From contig OZ219918.1 of assembly GCA_964291415.2 (NCBI GenBank), positions 256,001 to 320,000 of the forward strand: a stretch of DNA of 64,000 nucleotides, in the 5' to 3' direction. The stretch's first letter is position 1. Each line of letters opens with the position of its first letter. The notes below the pieces were generated by a model. The model had not been told where the DNA came from and did not search any database. It saw only the letters and a list, made by a program, of their open reading frames with translations. Shown piece after piece: positions 57,913 to 64,000 of the stretch. The position numbers and the translations under genes are program-made. This stretch comes from Alphaproteobacteria bacterium. GTDB taxonomy: Bacteria > Pseudomonadota > Alphaproteobacteria > SP197.

Positions 57913-60900
57913 GGGATGTCCCTTTCGGTGAGGAGCGTTTCGAGGGCGTGGATCGTGCTGTTGCGTCGCGGTGTCCACAGACCGCGTCTGAAGGCCTCGT
58001 GCAGGCGTTCGGCGATATCCGTCAAGGCTCCGGGGTTAGCCTCTTCAAGGAACGCGCGGACCTCCTCGTTGTCCAGCCATTTGTCGGCAATGGCGTCAAA
58101 ATGATGATCGGACACCGCGCCGGTCGTTGCGGCGAAGCCGAAGAGGTAGTCCACCGTGGCCGCCATTTCGAAGGCGCCCTTGTAGCCATGGCGCATGACT
58201 CCGGCGATCCACTTCGGATTGACGACCCGGCCGCGCACGACGCGCGCGATCTCTTCCTTCAACGTGGCGATGCGCGGGTTGTCGGGACGGGAGTGATCGT
58301 TGTGATAGACCGTCGGCTGCCGACCCGAGGCGCGCCGTACCGCCGCCGCAAGGCCGCCTTCGAACTGGTAGTAGTCGTCCGAATCAAGAAGGTCGTGCTC
58401 TCTGTTGTCCTGGTTGTGGATGACGGCCTCCACGTGCCGCAGCCGGGTCTCGAGGAGAGAGTGCGCGGCCTCGCCTTCGGCGCCGGCGCCGTAGGCATAT
58501 CCGCTCCATGCGACGTAGGCCCGGGCAAGATCGTCCCGTCCATCCCATGCGCCGCTGTCGATCAAGGCCTGGAGACCGGCGCCGTAGGCGCCCGGCATCG
58601 ATCCGAAGACTCTTGCGGCGGCGCGCCTGAAAGCAGTGTCCCCGGCGCCTGCCGTCTCGTCGCGCACCATCGCGGCCAGGGGGTTGACGTCCGCCGGTTC
58701 ATCGAGCGCAGCAACGGCCCGCGCGGCGGTGTCGACGAGATCGATGAGGGAGGGGAAGGCGTCACGAAAGAAGCCGGATACCCTCAGGGTCACATCGACC
58801 CGGGGCCGTCCGAGCACTCCGGCGGGCATGACTTCGTAGCCTGTGACACGACCGCTGACGGCATCCCAGGACGGCTGGACACCCATCAGCGCCAGAGCCT
58901 GGGCGATGTCGTCGCCACCGGTCCTCATGGTGGCGGTCCCCCACGCCGACAGTGCCACGGCGCGCGGCCATTCACCGTGATCCTGGAGATGGCGTTCCAC
59001 CAGCCGGCTGGCGGACATCCATCCCAGCCGCCAGGCGGCAGGTGTGGGCACCGACCGCGTGTCGACCGAATAGAAGTTCCGTCCCGTGGGAAGAACCTCC
59101 GGACGGCCCCTCGTCGGGGCGCCGGAGGGTCCGGGCTCCACGAACGAGCCTTCGAGACCGGCAAGCAGGCCGTTGATCTCGTGCGTGCCGCAGGCCTGGA
59201 GCGCCGGGCGAAGGCGTCTTTCGACATCGTCCAGCACCCGCGCCGTGGCAGGCCAGCATGGATCAGGGGAGATCGTGCCGTCGATGAGAGCAAGGGCGAG
59301 GCTCTCGAGGCGTTCAAGCGTATCGCCGGTGGTCCGCCACGGCCCTCCGTCGAGCCCGGCGAGGACATCCGGTCGTGGTCCTGCCCATGGAACGGCAGGC
59401 GACATGTCGAGAGGATCGAAGCCGAGCGCGAGGTCGTGGGCGAGCGCGCGCGTGATCGATTGTTCCGTACCCTTCCCGTCGCCCCGGGGCGCGCGCGCCA
59501 GGGCAACCAGCGAGGAGTTGGCAAGGGAACCTTCCGGCGATCGTCCGAAGATGTGCAGGCCGTCCCTGATCTGCAGCTCCTTGATCTCGCACAGGCGGCC
59601 GTCGAGCTTGGTCAGCCTCGCCGGCATGTCGTCGGCCTCGGTGATGCCGCAGTCCTCCTCGAGGCCGCTGCTGGCGAGCAGCGTCAGGATGTCCGTCGCG
59701 ATGATCTCGAGACGTCTGGGATCGGTCTGTGAGGCTTCGAAGTACTCGTCGACAAGTCGTTCGAGTGTCTCGAGTTCGCCGTAGGTGCCGGCCCTGGCAA
59801 GCGGTGGCGTGAGATGATCCACGATCACCGCCGACGCTCGCCTCTTGGCCTGGGTTCCCTCCCCGGGATCGTTCACGATGAAGGGGTAGAGATGGGGGAG
59901 TGGCGCGAACGCTGCCTCGGGAAAGCAGGTGGACGACAGCGCCAGCGCCTTGCCCGGGAGCCATTCCAGATTGCCGTGCTTGCCGAGATGGATCACCGCA
60001 TGGGCATCGAACGGCCCCGACAACCACATGTAGAAGGCGAGATAGGCATGGGGCGGAACCAGGTCCGGATCGTGGTAGCTCGCGGCAGGATCGATGTCGT
60101 AGCCCCGGGTGGGCTGGATGCCGATCGCCAGATTGTCCCAGCGATGAATGGCCAGATGGAAGAGGCCTTCCGAGACGAAGGGATCGCCCTCCGGTTCCCC
60201 CCAGCGGTTCAGGACCTTCCGGCGGATGTCCTCAGGCAGGGCCTCGAAGCGCTCCCTGTAGGAGTCCAGGGAGAGTGTGACATCCGATCGCCGCGGGGAG
60301 GGACCGGCTCTCCGGTTGGTCGGCCCCGCCATCAGTGTTCCGATGAGCTCGGCGCCGTCGAAGGGAACGCCGTCCACACGATATCCGGCGTCCTTCATCG
60401 CCTGGATGATGGTGGCTGCCGAGGCCGGGGTGTCGAGCCCGACACCGTTGGCGAGACGCGAGTCCTTTCCAGGGTAGTTGGCGAGCACGATGGCGACACG
60501 GCGGTCCCGGGAAGGGGTGCGCCGGAGGCGTGCCCATCTGGCAGCCAGCCTCGCGGTCCAGGTGACACGGTCGGCGACCGGCTGATGGGTCACGACACTG
60601 ATCTCGGTTTCCGGAAGGCGCGGTCCGGGGGCCTTGAAGGAGATGGCGCGGGCGAGAATGCGTCCGTCGACTTCCGGGAGCGCCACATTCATCGCGATGT
60701 CGCGGGGGGCAAGGCCGCGCGTGCGTTCCTGCCACTTCTCGCGGGCTTCGCCCGAGAGGACGGCCTGGAGGATCGGGCAGCCGGCGCCGTCGAAGGGCGA
60801 GGGACCGCGATCGGCGCCCGGACTCGAGACCGCAAAGCCGGTTGCGTTGACGATCACCGCCGGCCGGAAGGCGGCCAGCGTTTCCTCGACAAGGACGGCC

Positions 60901-61637
60901 GCCGCCGGCTCCTTGAGACTCTGGCTGTAGAGCGGCAGCGGGTTGAGCCCTTCGTCGGCCAGGGCACGGACGAGGGCGTCGACCGGGCGGGTGTCGCCGG
61001 CCTGGACCAGGGCCCGGTAGAAGTGGACGAGCGCCACGTCCCTTTCGGATGTCCAGCGGCCGGGGAATGTGTCTCCGGCCACGTCCCCCTCGCCGGGCCA
61101 GTAGTATCCTGCCCGCGGAAACATCACGGGCGCTCCGGCCGCCTCTTCGTGGCCGGCCAGCGCTGCAGCATGAACGAGGAGGTTGTCGGCGTTTTCCCTG
61201 CCGCCGTGAATCAGGTAGCTCCACAACCGGCCATAGTCGTCGTCGCCGACAGTCGAGAGACGGCGAAGCTCCCCGTCCTGCCGGTCATCTCCGGGCAGCA
61301 GGGCGAGCGCGATGCCGTGCTGTCTGGCAGCGGCGGCGATTTCATCGATGCCGTAACGCCAGTAGGAGGCGCCGCCAAGCAGGCGCACGATGACCATGCG
61401 CGCCGGCACGATGATGGCCTCGACGTACGTGTCCACCGACAGGTGGTGGCCGAGCTGGAGGATGTTGGCGAGGCGCACCGCGGGTGAACCAGGAGGACGC
61501 CGGGCGGCTGCTGCCGCCAGCATGGCGAGTTCCGTGTCGGCGGCGGAAAGAACGATGATGTCACCGGGGGTCTGACCGAGATCGAGTGCTTCCGTGCCAT
61601 CCGGAACAACGCCCGGCTGCGTGGTCAGCAGGTGCAT
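57909..61637 (-). CDS. cobN: cobaltochelatase subunit CobN
   Basis: MHLL, LSAADTEL, ANGVGLD, HLGKHGNLEWLPGK, PTGRNFY, SGFFRD, DSDDYYQFEGG. Confidence 0.97.
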   Translation of the reverse strand: MHLLTTQPGVVPDGTEALDLGQTPGDIIVLSAADTELAMLAAAAARRPPGSPAVRLANILQLGHHLSVDTYVEAIIVPARMVIVRLLGGASYWRYGIDEIAAAARQHGIALALLPGDDRQDGELRRLSTVGDDDYGRLWSYLIHGGRENADNLLVHAAALAGHEEAAGAPVMFPRAGYYWPGEGDVAGDTFPGRWTSERDVALVHFYRALVQAGDTRPVDALVRALADEGLNPLPLYSQSLKEPAAAVLVEETLAAFRPAVIVNATGFAVSSPGADRGPSPFDGAGCPILQAVLSGEAREKWQERTRGLAPRDIAMNVALPEVDGRILARAISFKAPGPRLPETEISVVTHQPVADRVTWTARLAARWARLRRTPSRDRRVAIVLANYPGKDSRLANGVGLDTPASAATIIQAMKDAGYRVDGVPFDGAELIGTLMAGPTNRRAGPSPRRSDVTLSLDSYRERFEALPEDIRRKVLNRWGEPEGDPFVSEGLFHLAIHRWDNLAIGIQPTRGYDIDPAASYHDPDLVPPHAYLAFYMWLSGPFDAHAVIHLGKHGNLEWLPGKALALSSTCFPEAAFAPLPHLYPFIVNDPGEGTQAKRRASAVIVDHLTPPLARAGTYGELETLERLVDEYFEASQTDPRRLEIIATDILTLLASSGLEEDCGITEADDMPARLTKLDGRLCEIKELQIRDGLHIFGRSPEGSLANSSLVALARAPRGDGKGTEQSITRALAHDLALGFDPLDMSPAVPWAGPRPDVLAGLDGGPWRTTGDTLERLESLALALIDGTISPDPCWPATARVLDDVERRLRPALQACGTHEINGLLAGLEGSFVEPGPSGAPTRGRPEVLPTGRNFYSVDTRSVPTPAAWRLGWMSASRLVERHLQDHGEWPRAVALSAWGTATMRTGGDDIAQALALMGVQPSWDAVSGRVTGYEVMPAGVLGRPRVDVTLRVSGFFRDAFPSLIDLVDTAARAVAALDEPADVNPLAAMVRDETAGAGDTAFRRAAARVFGSMPGAYGAGLQALIDSGAWDGRDDLARAYVAWSGYAYGAGAEGEAAHSLLETRLRHVEAVIHNQDNREHDLLDSDDYYQFEGGLAAAVRRASGRQPTVYHNDHSRPDNPRIATLKEEIARVVRGRVVNPKWIAGVMRHGYKGAFEMAATVDYLFGFAATTGAVSDHHFDAIADKWLDNEEVRAFLEEANPGALTDIAERLHEAFRRGLWTPRRNSTIHALETLLTERDIP

Positions 61638-62680
61638 CAGGTTGTCCGGCCACCGACTTCGCTGGCGATGGCGTTCCGGTCCAGCCCGTTGAGACCGATC
61701 ACGACGAGTTCGCTGCGCTTGTCTTCGTCCGGCTCCCACGGCCGGTCATAGTACCTTTCGAACCGTGGCCCCACGCCCTGGATGACGTGGCGCATGGGTT
61801 TGCCGGCAACGTGGAGGAACCCCTTGATGCGCAGGATGTCATGATGCTCCACGGCCTCGATGAGTGATCTCTCCAGGGCTTCGGGGTCCGTGACGCCGTC
61901 GAGGGTGATGGTGAAACTCGTGAAGTCGTCGTGATCGTGATCGTCGTCCTCTCCGTCATGGTGGGAGGGACGGTTGGCCAGATCCTCCTCCGCGGCGGCG
62001 CCGATGCCGAGCATGGCCAGGGGATCGACGACACCACCGGATGCCGCAATCACCCTGGTTCCGGGTCTGCGGTGAGAGTCCACGGTCCGGCGCACCGTTT
62101 CCAGTAGCGCGGCATCGACCAGGTCCGTCTTGTTGAGGACGACCACGTCGGCGCTCAGAACCTGTTCCTCGAACAGTTCCTCGAGGGGGCTTTCGTGATC
62201 GAGGTTGGCATCGTCGCGGCGCAGGCGGTCGACGGCCTTCGGATCGTCCGCGAATCGGCCGTCCGCCACGGCCCTTGCATCGATCACCGCGATGACGCCG
62301 TCGACGGTTGCCCGCGTCTTGACCTCTGGCCAGGTGAAGGCCTTGATCAGCGGCTTGGGCAGGGCGAGCCCGGAGGTCTCGATGATGATGTGTTCCGGGG
62401 GCTCCGGGCGCTCGATCAGCGCACGCATGGTCGGCAGAAAGTCATCGGCAACAGTGCAGCAGATGCAGCCGTTGGCAAGTTCGACGATATCGTCGTCGGC
62501 ACAGGTCTCCAGTCCGCAGCCGCGGATCAGTTCCCGGTCCACCCCGAGGTCCCCGAACTCGTTGATGATGAAGGCGAGCCGACGCCCGGATGCGGCGCCG
62601 ACCAGGTGCCGGATCATGGTCGTCTTTCCGGATCCAAGGAAGCCGGTGAGGACGGTGGCGGGAATCTTGGCGGCGAACAT
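61637..62680 (-). CDS. cobW: cobalamin biosynthesis GTPase CobW
   Basis: TGFLGSGKT, INEFG, NGCICCTVADDF, ETSGLALP, LNKTD, LRIKG. Confidence 0.96.
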   Translation of the reverse strand: MFAAKIPATVLTGFLGSGKTTMIRHLVGAASGRRLAFIINEFGDLGVDRELIRGCGLETCADDDIVELANGCICCTVADDFLPTMRALIERPEPPEHIIIETSGLALPKPLIKAFTWPEVKTRATVDGVIAVIDARAVADGRFADDPKAVDRLRRDDANLDHESPLEELFEEQVLSADVVVLNKTDLVDAALLETVRRTVDSHRRPGTRVIAASGGVVDPLAMLGIGAAAEEDLANRPSHHDGEDDDHDHDDFTSFTITLDGVTDPEALERSLIEAVEHHDILRIKGFLHVAGKPMRHVIQGVGPRFERYYDRPWEPDEDKRSELVVIGLNGLDRNAIASEVGGRTT

Positions 62681-62774
62681 GTCAGCGATCGCCTGGACAT
62701 GCCGCTTCGCTGCGGCAGCGTGATACGTGAATGGACATCTGCCCCTCCCTCCGAGGTGCGCTGGCCTGTTGTGC

Positions 62775-62955
62775 CGGAACGGGGGAGATCTCCTGACTCC
62801 GGGTCATCGATCCAGGGACTCCTTCCCGGCATCATGTGCCAGTGGATGTCGTGTCCCGTGTCTCGCCGTTACAGTTGCGGGGGCAGTGCCGGCCTTGGAT
62901 CCGCTGATCCGCACCGGCTTCCCTCGTCTCGTTCCAGGACTTCGAACCTAGCAGG
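62775..62955 (-). ncRNA. cobalamin (B12) riboswitch
   Basis: minus strand: AGGTTC..GAGGGAAGCCGGTG...CCGGCACTGCCCCCGCAACTGTAA...CCACTG..GGGAAGG...GAGTCAGGAGA, upstream of cobW. Confidence 0.93.
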
Positions 62956-62987
62956 CGTGCAGGGGCGGAACAAGCCGGCGCGGTTGA

Positions 62988-63590
62988 TCACCGGTGCGCG
63001 CTTTGGCCCTTGTCCCGGGAATCCGCGGCCGGCATCGGGGCGTCCGGAGGGGGGCCCTTGAGTACGAGAGGAAGACCGGCTGCCACGAAGATGACGCGTC
63101 CGGCGATGGCGCCGATGCGCTGGTGCATGACTCCCGCCTCGTCGCGGAAGCTGCGGGCAAGCGCGTTTTCCGGGACGATCCCCATCCCCACCTCGTTGGA
63201 GACGAGGACGACCTGGCCGGTGGCCTTGCCGAGCACGTGAAGGAGACCGTCGATATCCCGTTCGGGAGAATGCCCGGATGCCATGACATTGGCGAGCCAT
63301 AGGGTCAGGCAGTCGACGAGAACGGCGGTTTCGGGCGACATCGCGTTGTCGAGAGCGTCTGCCAGGTGGAGGGGCTCCTCGACGGTCGTCCACCCATCGC
63401 CGCGCCGCTGCCGGTGCCGGCGGATGCGTTCCGCCATTTCCGCATCACGGGCTTCAGCCGTGGCGATGTAGCAGGCGGCAAGCCCGGTGGCCTCGATCTG
63501 ATGCTCCGCAAACAGGCTCTTGCCGGAGCGCGCACCGCCGAGCACCAGGCAGACCCCGGTATTGCCATGACACGATGAGGGCATGAGCAT
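62988..63590 (-). CDS. cobU: bifunctional adenosylcobinamide kinase / phosphate guanylyltransferase
   Basis: LVLGGARSGKS, YIATA, HRQRR, DCLTLW, SNEVGMGIVP, FRD, AGLPL; start uncertain. Confidence 0.93.
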   Translation of the reverse strand: MLMPSSCHGNTGVCLVLGGARSGKSLFAEHQIEATGLAACYIATAEARDAEMAERIRRHRQRRGDGWTTVEEPLHLADALDNAMSPETAVLVDCLTLWLANVMASGHSPERDIDGLLHVLGKATGQVVLVSNEVGMGIVPENALARSFRDEAGVMHQRIGAIAGRVIFVAAGLPLVLKGPPPDAPMPAADSRDKGQSAHR

Positions 63591-63599
63591 ACTCCATCA

Positions 63600-63990
63600 C
63601 GTTGAACTGGCCTTTAGCTCCGATGCCTGTTCGGTCATCGACAAACGCCGGGTCGTACACAGCCGATACCGGTCTCCCGCCAGGCCGAAACCGACGACAC
63701 AGAAGTCCAGTAGGGTATGCCACTTCCGGCCGTTGTGAGGCAATCTCGATGCCTCGATCGGCAGCATCAGGCCGGCCTTGCCCTTGCATACCGCCTCGAA
63801 GAGGGGGCGAAAGATACCATGGCCGGTAGTTCCGAGATCGCGCTCGATGACCGCGGGTACGTGACTACCATGTTCTCGTGCCTGGCACGGCAATTCGTAC
63901 TGAAGAGGCGCTGCTCATCCCTCGACATTGTTGCGGATCAGTCTCTCCGGCTATTGCCGTGCGCAGATACAGTAGGCGATCATCGTTCGG
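63600..63990 (-). pseudogene. degenerate serine recombinase remnant
   Basis: pieces in different frames: VIERDLGTTG, IEASRLPHNGRKWHTLLDFC, VYDPAFVDDR..GAKG, resembling DDLG.SG / EASRLARN.RDWH.LL / YDP..NDRLLLG.KG. Confidence 0.65.
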
Positions 63991-64000
63991 CATCTCCCGG

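Noticed and set aside
57948-61487. Long antisense ORFs (594 and 557 aa) opposite cobN
   Set aside because: Antisense shadows of a well-supported gene.
1-64000. CRISPR array, rRNA or complete tRNA
   Set aside because: No regularly spaced direct repeats or full RNA-gene structures seen by eye; only a tRNA 3'-like fragment at 45384-45414.

Overview
GC-rich bacterial genomic DNA, probably alphaproteobacterial (aerobic cobW-cobN-cobO-cobQ pathway, TAXI-TRAP transporter, OmpR-type regulator beside an L,D-transpeptidase). It is mostly catabolic and transport genes: SDRs, Rieske dioxygenase alpha/beta, a choline-sulfatase-like enzyme, a GMC oxidoreductase, polyamine ABC transport with a class III aminotransferase, two desaturase-like oxygenases, a P450 and an amidase. 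A cobalamin cluster with a B12 riboswitch is split by a ~10 kb accessory block. The most unusual item is a 1329-bp element (29595-30923) carrying only a tnpB with an intact RuvC triad. It is bounded by 25-bp imperfect terminal inverted repeats and an exact 8-bp target-site duplication (AAAAAATG), which is a DDE/IS1595-like signature rather than the IS200/IS605 or IS607 ends normally carrying TnpB. Other highlights: a probable selenoprotein split by an in-frame UGA (C-P-V-U-P-F-C) with a SECIS-like hairpin, a DUF3800 gene with a structured 5' leader, an AAA-ATPase + DUF4276 candidate defence pair, a divergent DRE-TIM enzyme inside an amine-catabolic cluster, and several gene remnants. Three genes have single-base frameshifts that may be assembly errors. 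No CRISPR array, rRNA or complete tRNA was seen. All family assignments come from motif recognition; no database search was run.
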